From NCBI GenBank assembly GCA_026026165.1, contig JAPEUD010000019.1, forward strand, positions 62,001 to 126,000: a DNA stretch of 64,000 bases. The letters are read 5' to 3'. Positions 35,811-46,824 of this stretch are shown one piece after another. The DNA comes from Sarea resinae (lineage: Eukaryota). A program made the position numbers and the translations under genes. Numbering within the stretch: position 1 is the first letter of the stretch; each line of letters begins with the position of its first letter. Under the pieces are notes generated by a model that saw nothing but the letters and a program-made list of their open reading frames with translations, ran no database searches and had not been told where the DNA came from.

Positions 35811-36051
35811 GACCGTCTAGGTGTGGGTGTGGGTGAAGGGGAGAGTGTTCTTTGAGCTCTAGTGTAAAGGGCAAAGCCTTTCTACAAAGCACTCGCACTA
35901 CAGCAGAAGGAAGGTAGTTTTGCCCTCTCTTATCAAAAAAGAAATGATTGATTCGAACCCTCAGACCTCTAATGCGAGAGAGCACCGGCCTTGCATGGCC
36001 CCGGGCCGGCCGATGCGACTTGTGTCCCAATTGCATCTCTGATATATCCCT

Positions 36052-36120
36052 ATCTTGTCCTGTCCTGTCCTGTACTGTACTGTCCTGTACTGTACTGTCC
36101 TGTACTGTCCTGTACTGTTC
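36052..36120. repeat. Pentanucleotide microsatellite (CTGTM)n
   Basis: Run of tgtcc/tgtac units visible directly. Confidence 0.85.
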
Positions 36121-36500
36121 TTGTACTAAAGTACTCTTTACTATACTCTAACTATACGATATCCTAGGTCTCTATCTATTTATTCTTTTTATTACCTATC
36201 TATCCTTTAGTTTCAACTATAGTAGTTATAGCCTTTTAATGTCTCTCTTCTTTTGACTTCTAAGAGAGTACAGTAAAGTAAATAAGTCTGCTACTCTAGA
36301 GTAGACCTAACTACCTACCTCTACTTCTCTCTTCCTTCTCTTTCTCTACTTCTCTCTCTTCTCTTTTACTCTCTCTTCTTTCTTTCTACAGGAGATAAAG
36401 AAGAAAGAGAGAGAGAGAGAGAGAGGATAGAGAAGTGATTTCCCAAGTATTACTAGGTATTATGAAACTATACTATGCCTCACTATACAACACTATACGG
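36120..36500. other. AT-rich, TpA-rich and CpA/TpG-poor patch (RIP-like) with (CT)/(GA) repeats
   Basis: Sequence such as ctatactctaactatacgatatcctaggtctctatctatt and ctactctagagtagacctaactacctacc, judged by eye. Confidence 0.6.
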
Positions 36501-37146
36501 CCCCCTCCCCCTCCTCCCTCCTTCCATTCCCCCTAACCAGAGGCGCGAGCCATGCGGTCCCCTGCCTGCCTTTAATCAACTGACCAAATGACCAGCCAAG
36601 GATCGAATCAACGAATCAACGAGTGCCTCATAACCAGCATTGTGCGAGTCGGACCGGACAAGTGGTTCTTGATACTTTCTGTCTAGTGATTGAGTATGAA
36701 TGAAGGAAAGAAAGAAAGAAAGAAAGAAAGAAGAGAAAAAGGCTGCTGTCAACAGGCAAGCAGAAAAGGATAAGCAGAGGACGAATAAAGAGTATGGATG
36801 ATGGCAATGCATGCGGAAGCGAAAATGAATGCTTGGTTGGTATCTTGCTTGCTCGCTCGGAAAACGAATGCGACGTGGATGGTTTCAGCGCGGTGTCGTC
36901 TAAACGATGCAGGTGGTGCTGTGGAAAGGCCAAATCGATCGTGAAATGATAGAAAGATAGAAAGAAGTAGATGAAGAAGAAAGATAAAGAATGTGAAGAA
37001 GATGCAGCAAGAACAGCAATTGTGCCTTGGTCGCAAAGAGAAGAAATTTAAACAACCAAATCTACTACAACTAGATCAGAAGGAAAACCGTTTCTATGAT
37101 GACAAGGCTCGTGGCTTGCACGAATGACGAAAAAAGCCATATCGTA

Positions 37147-39294
37147 TCACCTTCCCCCACCAGATGAGACCAGGTTAGGCTTGCTAGCACCTGGGCCCCT
37201 GCCTAGAACTTCCTTGACACTGAGGCCGGCGTAATCTTGGCTCAGCCAGCCGCCGCCAACTTGAGATACTGGGAAGGTATAGTCTCCGATGGTGCTGCCG
37301 GCCAGAGACTCTTGGTCTTTGACCAGAGTGCCATTTGTCGCGAGCACATAACGATGATACAATTCGTACGTTCCTTGGATAGATGGCGGCTGACCGATAT
37401 CTGAAGACGAGGTCTGGAATCCCTGGAAAGAAAAGTCTTGTTCGGTGGTACCAGAACTAAACGATTTGGAGATGGCAGGGACGGACAAGTAGTGTGCGCT
37501 GCCGTTCTGCGTCGTATGGAGTCCCGATCCAGCCAGAGAGGAGAACAAGCTTCGAGTGCTAGGTAGAGTACCAAAGTATTGCAGACCAGTAGGAAAGACG
37601 GCATCGCCGAATGCCTGCAAGTCCAGCCCGCGCGTAATGTTCGCATCGATGGTAAAGTTGCCGCTGGCCGGATCCGTTGCATAGACTTCTACGACATCTA
37701 TGGGATAACGATAAGTCCTCGAGTAGCCACTGGCGGAAGCATCAACACCGGTGGTGCTTTGATTGTTCGCCTGATAATTGCCTTGCTGGGTGAAGAAGCC
37801 GCTGTTGGAATAATCCAATGTTTGGGACCATGAAGCTGTCCGTCTTCCGGCCGAGGTGATGACAGTCGAACTAATTGATAATCGCCTGCTCGCAGATACA
37901 TTATAAGTCAAGCTCTGGTTGCCGCCTGTAGCATTGATACCGAGCGAAGAAGAGACAGAGATGCTCGGAGCAGGCGTTTCAACTAATGGCACGGATCCGG
38001 TCGTCACCGAGCCAGCTTCATCAAGCCAAAGAAAGATTTTCCCCGTCACAACCCAGTTGCTACCAACAGTCTCAGATAGCGCAGCATGGCCCTTGCCATC
38101 GTCGTTAAGACCTGCAACCCGGATCTCAAAGGTGTGATTATTTCCGTCACTGAGCAAAGGCAACCAAGGAGTGATGTCAATCTCGTGTTCTTTCAGGTCG
38201 AACGCCCCAATACCAACGATGGGACGCCAAAACCCTGGAGCGATCCCGCCAGTGAATATCACGGGAAAAGGCCACTCTACTCCTGCTAGTATCCCATCAA
38301 TGTAGAGCTGAAGTTCTCTAAAAGGAGAGTACCCAAGTAGACCGGCCGCCGAACCAAATGTCAGCACATCAGAACTCAATACGTTGGTGTACCAAAACTC
38401 TTCGTTGGCCTGTCCACAAGCGGAGATCGTAAACACAGCACGCTGTGCATTTCGTGGAAGACTGACAATGCTGGACGCATTGTCCGCTGGAAGCGCAAAT
38501 GCACTGGCCGCATCAGATGACGAGCGTCGCGCGGAGATAGGTATAATGGCATCCGCCGGAGTTATTGTATCTGCGTCGGTGAAGAATGTTGCTGTCAAGG
38601 TCGTATTGAAGGCTCCGGTGTAGGTACTGTCTATCAGGTTCCCTAGATCAAAGATGATCTTCTGAGACTCTTTGAAAAGCGCCAAGTAGTTCGACATGTC
38701 CTTGATATAGGTCCAGCTAATACCAGTAGCAGTCGGTTCTGCTGTAGATGTGCGGAAAACTTCTGTGTCGCCCAGATACATGAGAGCCAGACGGTCAAAT
38801 TGGCGGCCGGACGACGTAACAGTGAAATTTATGGTCACACGACTGAAGTTGCAAGGAGGGGGTGAATATGTACCTATTATGAGTCAGTGATTAGACAGAT
38901 TCCCGACTGAGCTCCTCGAAGACTGACCAACATATGGCTGGCCGTAGCTATACGCGAAAGAGTATTCCATCAAAGTTTCAGTATATAAACAGGAAGATGC
39001 ATTGCTGAAGCCTGCGGGAATGCCACCTGAAGTGGATCCATTGGTCAATATTTCTTGACCAGAAGACCCGTGAGGGGTGAGCACCGGCTGATAGACCTCG
39101 AAGACTTGCAGCAATGGTATAGAGGAGGCCGTATCATATTTCGTATGCCTTGGCCTTGAAGGAGACTCTCTTATGTCCGTTTTCCAGGAGGGGGTGGTGA
39201 AGGTTCGAAGGAGGATAAAACCGAGAGCCAGAACGCTAAAAAGGCGGATCAGTGACTTTAACTGTATGGTGCCTTTGATGTTTGAGCTGATCAT
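37147..39294 (-). CDS. Peptide-N4-(N-acetyl-beta-glucosaminyl)asparagine amidase A (PNGase A; intron 38874-38927)
   Basis: EYSFAYSYGQPYVG-TYSPPPC, GRQFDRLALMYLGDTEVFRTSTAEP, GQANEEFWYTNV, SPFRE and WPFPVIFTGGIAPGFWRPIVGIGAFDL. The start is uncertain: ATG 39294 precedes a hydrophobic segment, and there is an in-frame ATG at 39483. Confidence 0.9.
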
Positions 39295-39656
39295 TGAAGG
39301 CGTGAGATCTATTAATTTCTGGAGCTTATAGTCAGGTTTCTCGAAGTTTGAAGAATCCAGGCTATTGATTGTCTGCTCGTTCGTCGAAGATTCAGTATGT
39401 TCGGGAAGGAAAGCTTGAGGCAAAGCAGCTCCCCTTTTCAAGTTCGGGCCATTCGATGACCAGCGTAGTTTCGATGTCTCCATCGGAACTGTAGAGGCTT
39501 CTTCCTTCCTGGGCCGCTGTGACGGTTGAGCACTATAGTTGCTCGTGGCAGACGAGGATCTCGATTGTGATGTTACCTTGCATTAACTGGGTCGGACTGC
39601 TTGGGACTAGAGCCTCAATCGAAGGGGAAAGGGCAACGTTTCCTGCCAATGAAGGC

Positions 39657-39935
39657 CTACTGAACTCGATGGTTGTTCCAGTAGCGAGCCACGGCTCGTG
39701 TTCCGGCCACGTCGTTTCGGAACCGATCTCGGAAGAAATTGAACACAGCAAATTCTTCAACGGAGAAGATATAAGTGTCTGGCTGTGCCCGAACACGATT
39801 CCAGATAGCGGTGATGGCTTCCTCCAGGACAGCAGTCACTTCAGCATCAAGCGGTTGACCGTTGCTTTCCCTGGCTATATCTAGGGCCTCCTTTACCGTG
39901 AGCGTGCCGTCTGAAGCCCCGTTAATTACACCCAT
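39657..39935 (-). CDS. Small conserved ascomycete hypothetical protein (92 aa)
   Basis: Clean ATG-to-stop ORF. ALDIARES...LEEAITAIWNRV...PDTYIFSVEEFAVFNFFRDRF...RYW resembles an uncharacterised small fungal family as I recall it. Confidence 0.7.
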   Translation of the reverse strand: MGVINGASDGTLTVKEALDIARESNGQPLDAEVTAVLEEAITAIWNRVRAQPDTYIFSVEEFAVFNFFRDRFRNDVAGTRAVARYWNNHRVQ

Positions 39936-40802
39936 GTCTAGAGATAGATGAAAGGTGACGTTGAAAGTGAAGTATAAATCAAGCTTAAAGTTCGATCAAG
40001 TTGGACCATAGTGAAATTGGTATAAATATAGGAGACCGAGGAGAGAAGGGCCATTCACAGATCCCGGAACCAAGAGACGCGTACGAAAAGGGCCCAGCAT
40101 TATTGGGTATATATAAGAAAGCCAAACAAAATACATGAAAATTCGATAACGCCCCCCACCAGTACATCGAGCACTCACCTTTAGTAGAGCTCTATCCGAA
40201 CCGCCGCGCTTAGGGGCTAAGCGTGTACCGCACCTGTACCGCCAAATCTAAGGTCGGCAGCCGTCGAATGGTCCGACAGGCTTAGTCCTGTCACGCCAAG
40301 GCCGGATTTGGGGTGAAGTGGGTGGGCCTCCGATGGTTGATAGGGCTCTCTTGGTTCAGAACAGTCAATCGTAGACTGCTATTACCCGAGATCCACCCTA
40401 GCACTTCGGCCTCGAGTAGGCAGGCAAGGCAAGTCCGGTCACCTTGGGAAGCGGCGGAAGAGCCACCACGCGTTACGTGGTGTGTAGTAGACAAATTGCA
40501 CTGGTGGGGGGCCTCACAAATGCCCTCAGAAGCCTAAGAACACTGCGTACAGACGTCCTACCGGTGTACCATACGGCTCAGCGTCCCACGAATCAGGAGT
40601 CCTTGCAATTGGCCGTGTGGTGTGGCATGTCATCGACGGTACGGAGGAAAAGCTAATAGGCGATCCGGGCACAACGGTCGGCTAGGTGAGATCGATTGAT
40701 GCGCTTATTGAACACTCACTGGCGACAGTAGCAGTGGTAGTGGTGATGGTGGTGGGAGTAGTCGTACGTACGAGTACTAGTCAGTGGGGGAGGTTTACTG
40801 GT

Positions 40803-40856
40803 GGTGGTCCTGGTGGCCCTGGTGGTCCTAGTGGTCCTAGCAGTCCTGGCAGTCCT
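40803..40856. repeat. Six degenerate 9-bp tandem units (GGTGGTCCT)
   Basis: ggtggtcct ggtggccct ggtggtcct agtggtcct agcagtcct ggcagtcct. Confidence 0.85.
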
Positions 40857-43800
40857 GATATTGCGGCAGCGATAGTAGCAGTGATATTGCTCGGAAGAGG
40901 GTAGTCTGATCTTAGTTCCTTAGTTCAGAGAACGATAGCCCTAAACGCAGGAAGAACTACTACGATACTCGGTCAGCTGTAGCGGCCTCAGGCAAAAGAG
41001 AACGATATATTATGACGAGGTTTGTACCACCCCCGAGGCCATTGGATCTTCACCCGGCGAATTAGTCCTGTGACACCGCATGTCTCCCTACTTCAGTAGA
41101 ACAGGACAGGGTTCGCCGCCCACTTTCGCGTGCATACGTACGAACGTACCCAGAGAGAGCGCACTGATGTCGTTAGTCGTAATCCATAGCATGTCTACGG
41201 AGAGCGATCCATGGTTATCCTGCCAGCATCTTCTGCCCTGATCGCGGCGTCTCTCGCGATCTGCATCTCCATGGTTGTTGCCATGCGGCGGCCATCCGGA
41301 ATCCGTAATCCATATCTTCATATTTGATACGATACCTACCTAGGTATCCTCCTATCCAGAGTAGTCATGGATCCATTCCGTCTCGGACTCGACGCCGCTG
41401 AAGAGATTCCAATGCAGTCATGGATGGCCTGCCATCCCCTTCGGCAGATTGAATGCATTAGAACCACAACCTACGGCTACTGATTCTTGACTTTCCTTGC
41501 AGAAATTGCAGCCACGAAGGTTGAATCATCGATTGGTCAGTGGTATCATCTGGATACCTACCCCACCAACCCTCTTTCTGTGGCTCCATCCGTCGATGTC
41601 GCCATCCAGATGTCTCCATGCCATGTCTCCCGGGCCAACGTCCGTCTACTCTAGTATCTCACCCCGGGTAGGATTGTATGAAGTTGGTCGCGTGAGGCTG
41701 CATTCTGCATCTATCACTATTAGGTCGACACCACAACCGAAATCTCAAACTATTCCGGTTATGCAATTTGATCCATCGGCAGCCTATCTAGTACCTTATG
41801 CAAAGTGCCAAACACAGATGCCTCGGGCTACCTTGCCTTAGATCTATCCATGGATACCACCTCAGCTGCGGAGTATCTTCGTTGTTGTGGCTCCAAAATG
41901 CAGGGTCTACAGCTACGTAACTTCGTACATCATGATACTACTAGGTAGGTAGTAGGTATGCATCTTCTGCCCTCTGAACCCATTGCATGTTCTAATAATG
42001 ACGTTTGATGCTTGATGATGGATGAAAGCTGGGGTGATCGTTTCAAAAGACGAACCTCACGTTACGCAGACAGGTATATGTAGTACTGGTTGATCCCATG
42101 CCAGACAAGCCCCATGTGTTCGTCTCAGATAGGGAAAGCACGATCTCAAAGTGGTGGATCCATTCCATCTACGGTTACAGTAGCGCCCTGCAAAGAAACA
42201 TGGCACACCCTTCTGTTCGAGGTAGGTACCGTGCTAAGTATTCCGTGGGGATGATACAGATACCTGATAACGTACTGAAGATCACTGATGATAGTGCGAT
42301 CCTGATCATATGCTCGTTAGTTCGTGGAGTCTCGAGTCCGACTGGAACTCGTCTCTGGGTCCCTTCGCAGCCCCAGAGTCTGCTTCAAACTCCACATGCT
42401 ATCCTCGATGCTATCCTCCTTTTACCTCTGGTTATGTGCGGCCGCTAAATAAGCACTTCAGATGCTTCTTCAGCAAAAAGCCCAAATTGAAACTTTTATA
42501 TAGGCCCTGGTGTATGCACTAAGGGTGATCTTTTCTGGCATTGCCGTAGAATTGAACGCCGGTTTTCGCACCTATACGGGATAAGCGTGGTTGCCTTCAA
42601 GGCAATGCAGTAGGCAATGAGCAAATGGCTCGTCTTCCCTAGGCAGCTAACTGCCAGGTGCTAGTCGGTCTCGGTATATCCGCTGTATCATCGCCCGAGG
42701 GCCACGAATACTAGTTGTCTGCATCGTTCTGTGTATGACTTGCTGGACCTTTCTATCAGTGGCCCTTGTCCGCTGGATAGTTCATAGTATGAACGGCTCC
42801 GTTATTTGCGGGACAAGACGGGGCCAGGACGATAAGGATCAGCACAATCAGTAAGCAAGGCTGGTAAAATTAGGAGTAAACCGTACGTGTAGTTGTAAGG
42901 TCGTTTGCACAAAGGCAGTATCCCGATCTTTGGTCTGGGGCATCCATTGCCTAATCAAACAGGCACCCTACTTTTCCTGAGTACACCTCTTTCAGAACTG
43001 CCAATTGAATGCCTTCTTCCTAGGTAGCAGTAGTAGTCTTTTTCAGGTGTCCTTCCTAGGGCTTAGCGCATTGGCAATCCCTTTTCGGAAGTCCTCGTGC
43101 GTCTTGGGGGACTGGAAGCATCCTGCATGTTTCCTTTCCAAGTCCCTTCTGCTGATATCAGATACACTTAGCTTTCAAATGGATGCTCGTCGTCCTTGCT
43201 TCCTCCTCCGCCCGTGTTAGAAAGGCGAACACTCTGTCACATCATTACTGCCAAGCTCTACCTACATGAGGCGCAGAAAGCCCTTATCATATCATCCAAT
43301 TAATGCATCCATACAAGCACTCCAGCTGCTGGGAACCCACTCGATGCAGAAAAACAAAGGCGATGCCGAAGTCAAGAAATGACATCACTTACAAGGGGAA
43401 ATGCTTTCAGAATCCTATTTCCTCCATATGTTAAACGAGATGGTTTTGCATTTCATCAATGCTGCTCAAATCATGGATAGTTGGTGTCACCGACGTTATT
43501 CCTACTTTCCTGTGAGGATCCAATAGTCCTGGAGAGCTGGTAAACTCCACGTAGCTCTCATCCATGGATGTCTCCTAAGCGTTTGTGATTCATCCACACG
43601 ACCGTCATGCAAGCGCGAAGCGACCACGAAGATGATCTAAGGTACGGAGGAGCCTTCGTAGGGTCCAATATGCCCTCCAGGCTGTTTCTCACATCGGGCC
43701 GCGAAGTTCCTCAGCTCCGATGCAGCCCGACTCTGGTCACCACTGCCATCTATCAGACATCTGAGTCACTAAGGTAGATAGGACTGTCTTCCGTATGCGC

Positions 43801-45719
43801 CCCCTCCAGTCATCCCTCTGACGTTTCGAGGAAGCGAAGCTGGGCCCTGGCCATCTTGGGCCGACAGAAGTGAGAACATACTCTGAATTCGTTAAGGCCT
43901 GGGGATGTTCAGCCTTTCGACCGCCCACAATGCACACCTCCTACTAACATAATCTTGCTTGCGATTTCATGAGAGCCTTCTCGCCAATACTGTTATCTTG
44001 CATCATCTATCATTTTTATTGGCTTGCGGGAAACAAGATGGCCGAACCCTCTTCCGACTTACAGGATTCTCTGTGACCGGATCGCCGTCAAGGATCCGTT
44101 TCCACGAGTGCTGTAATACCCCATGCTAGCATTCATGGCCAAATGAGCGCAGACTACATGCCTACTTGATATGTTGCATCACTCCTCTGTGCCCTTTCCG
44201 CTTCACCTGCAGCTTTACTTTTCGCAATGCTTCTTACATGGCACTAAAGCGTCTTTCCAGACCCCTAACCCAAGGTAGGTCTTGCTAAAGCAGTTTCCTT
44301 TCGGCGCCTTCCCCCAGCCCTGCCCACGCATAAGCGATTGGTCCTCACGCTCTTCTTGAGAACTATTTGCTCATCCAGGCTGCCTACTTGCTGGTGCTGC
44401 AGTATTTCCAGGCTTCTCATCCACTCATCCCTATGCTGGCCGGTCGATGTCCTTTTAGGCTCATCGCGTCGTCATTGTGGATAGTGCGTCGTACTTGATA
44501 AAAAGTAAGCACTGCAGTGATCAAGTGAAGCCTACACAATACCGGTGTGGTCAGCAAAACGCTTCTGACGCCATCTGTGCCTTCCAGGCAGCTGTCAGGA
44601 CTTGACTGACTCCGCCAGCCCTGAACAAAAAATTAGCCTGCGTTCGGGAGTGCTAGCAGTGGCAATCCGGAGCAGGATTAAGTGGGCCTTCGTCAATCGT
44701 GATCTCGGGGAGTCAAGGTAAGTAATATTGTCGAATTACACGATGTCCTTCGCGTCGGAGAAACCATCATTGGATCTGATAGGGAATGCTAGCAATATCG
44801 AGATCATAGATCGGCCTGGTGGGCTCTTTCCGATTGCACAGCTGATTGTAGCCCAATACCCCACCTGGTGGAGGAACCGTATATCAAGGTGTACGAATAC
44901 TTTACTTGCACTATGCGATAGCCCATCCAGGAAACGAGTGTGGTGTGTTTCGTCTGCAGGCCAGATAGTTCAAGAATCCTTTACGAAACATGCTGTTAAG
45001 CAGCATGACAGGAGAAACATTCCGCGCTGGGGTAATTTCTTCGGTCATATTTCGAGGGAGGTCATAATTTCAAAGTCGCGTGCCCCAAGATAGACAATAA
45101 TGATCGCTACCATGATTGCTACACTTTCAAAGACTACCTAGGTACGAAGTGGTTAGTGTTTGAGATTGTGCCCGTCCAGTCCCAAGGTACATTGAAGAAC
45201 AGTAAGTAAGGTAAATGCGGAATAGGTTAAGCTTCAAGGAGACTCTCATGAAGACTCCCACGACGCAGCTGGAGCCGACAGTCCTGGAGAATGCTTCTTC
45301 GTTGTCTGTTGTGTTTACTGTTACTTAAGTATGTTAGCCAAAGCCCGAGCCCCTAAGATCTCCTCAAGGTCAAAATATCCAATGCCTAGGTAGGTACTAA
45401 TCTACCAAGTACGGCGGAGTAAGCACGGTAAGATGATGGTACTCCGTATTCTACCTTACTCTGTAGGTAGGGTTTGGATGAGTAAGGTACCGACCAATGA
45501 GGTAGTCGAGATCGTCATATTGATGATCTGACCCGGAGTGGGAAAATCATAAGCTCTCGAATGTCTTCGAAGCTTCATTTTCGATTTTATGCACGACACA
45601 TCATAAGCATCTGCCCAAGCTACTCCTGGGCCTGAGATCCAGACCCCGATCAAGAGCTACTGGACTGTTACAAAGGACAAGGTAGATTAGTAGTCGAGCA
45701 ACGACTCATCATCACATCA

Positions 45720-46536
45720 ATGAAAGCAATTCAGAGCTTGATGGAGCGATCCATCGCCCAAACTTTCCGAGGCCATGCAGTGCGCCCAACTCCCGCGTTC
45801 AGAGGCTACTTCAGCGCGAGCAATGCGCCGACTAGAGTCTCGAGCAGAACATTCTCCTCTCAAGCTCTTGTCAATCAGATTTCCGCCGGGTTCCGGTCAC
45901 CTCTTTTTCGCCGTCTACAATTCAAACGATTCAACTCCTCCAAACAATCGTACAATCCCACAAAAAATCTGGGTTCACCGGAGCCATCGCTTTCCCTTTC
46001 ACAACGCCTCAAAAAGTTATCGAGAGAGTACGGATGGAGTGCTCTAGGCGTCTACCTGGCCTTGTCGGCTCTGGACTTCCCTTTCTGCTTTATCGCCGTC
46101 CGCTGGCTGGGTACCGATAGGATAGGACGTTACGAGCATATGGTAGTACAATGGTTCTGGGATATGGTGCCGGAATCTATCTGGAAGCGTGGTCAAGAAA
46201 TAGCTGTACAAGAACAGACTGAGACTCACGGTACACCACAAGACGGACAGACGGGTGAGACAGAGGGAGAGAAATGGAGCTGGGGAGTTGAGGAAGCAGA
46301 GGAGCGTAATCAGTCATCAGAAGCCAGTGAGTATGTTCAGTCTTCCTAGGAAGTGATGCTAACATATAATAGGCATTTGGACTCAATTGGCATTGGCTTA
46401 TGCCATTCACAAATCTTTCATATTCATTAGAGTTCCCTTGACTGCTGCTATCACGCCGAAAGTGGTGAAAATACTACGACGCTGGGGATGGGATATTGGA
46501 AAACGAAGACCAAAGGGTGTGAAAGGGGGTGATTGA
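45720..46536 (+). CDS. NAT2: Nat2 / FAM210 (DUF1279) mitochondrial membrane protein (intron about 46327-46372)
   Basis: Arg/Ser-rich presequence; LSQRLKKLSREYGWSALGVYLALSALDFPFCF; exon 2 reads IWTQLALAYAIHKSFIFIRVPLTAAITPKVVK. Confidence 0.9.
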
Positions 46537-46765
46537 TCCGTTAAAGGTAGGCCCAGGTTTGGGTACCATAGCATCGACGTTCAAACGCATCTCAATGGAA
46601 TGTTACCAAGTCGAATCACTAGGTATCGGGCTCAGGATGGTGATGTTCCTAGAAAGACGCACCTCAAATTCAAAGCAATCGTCACTCAAATTCACGGTGT
46701 TAACTCTTTTCCGATACTAGGCACTGAAAGTGAATATGCTTATGACGACGATGGATGTCCCATGT

Positions 46766-46773
46766 TATATAAA
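46766..46773 (+). promoter_or_regulatory. TATA box upstream of the orphan gene
   Basis: TATATAAA followed by a CT-rich tract and ATGs at 46825 and 46834. Confidence 0.45.
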
Positions 46774-46824
46774 TTTCGTCTCCTCTATGACCTGCACTTT
46801 CTTTCATTCTCTTCCCCGCCTCTC

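Noticed and set aside
30285..39935. MFS, inositol transporter, PNGase A and the small protein as a metabolic gene cluster
   Set aside because: No backbone enzyme or pathway transcription factor, and the functions do not form an evident pathway.
40803..40856. Tandem 9-bp units as a CRISPR-like array
   Set aside because: No spacers, eukaryotic context and codon-length periodicity; it is a minisatellite.
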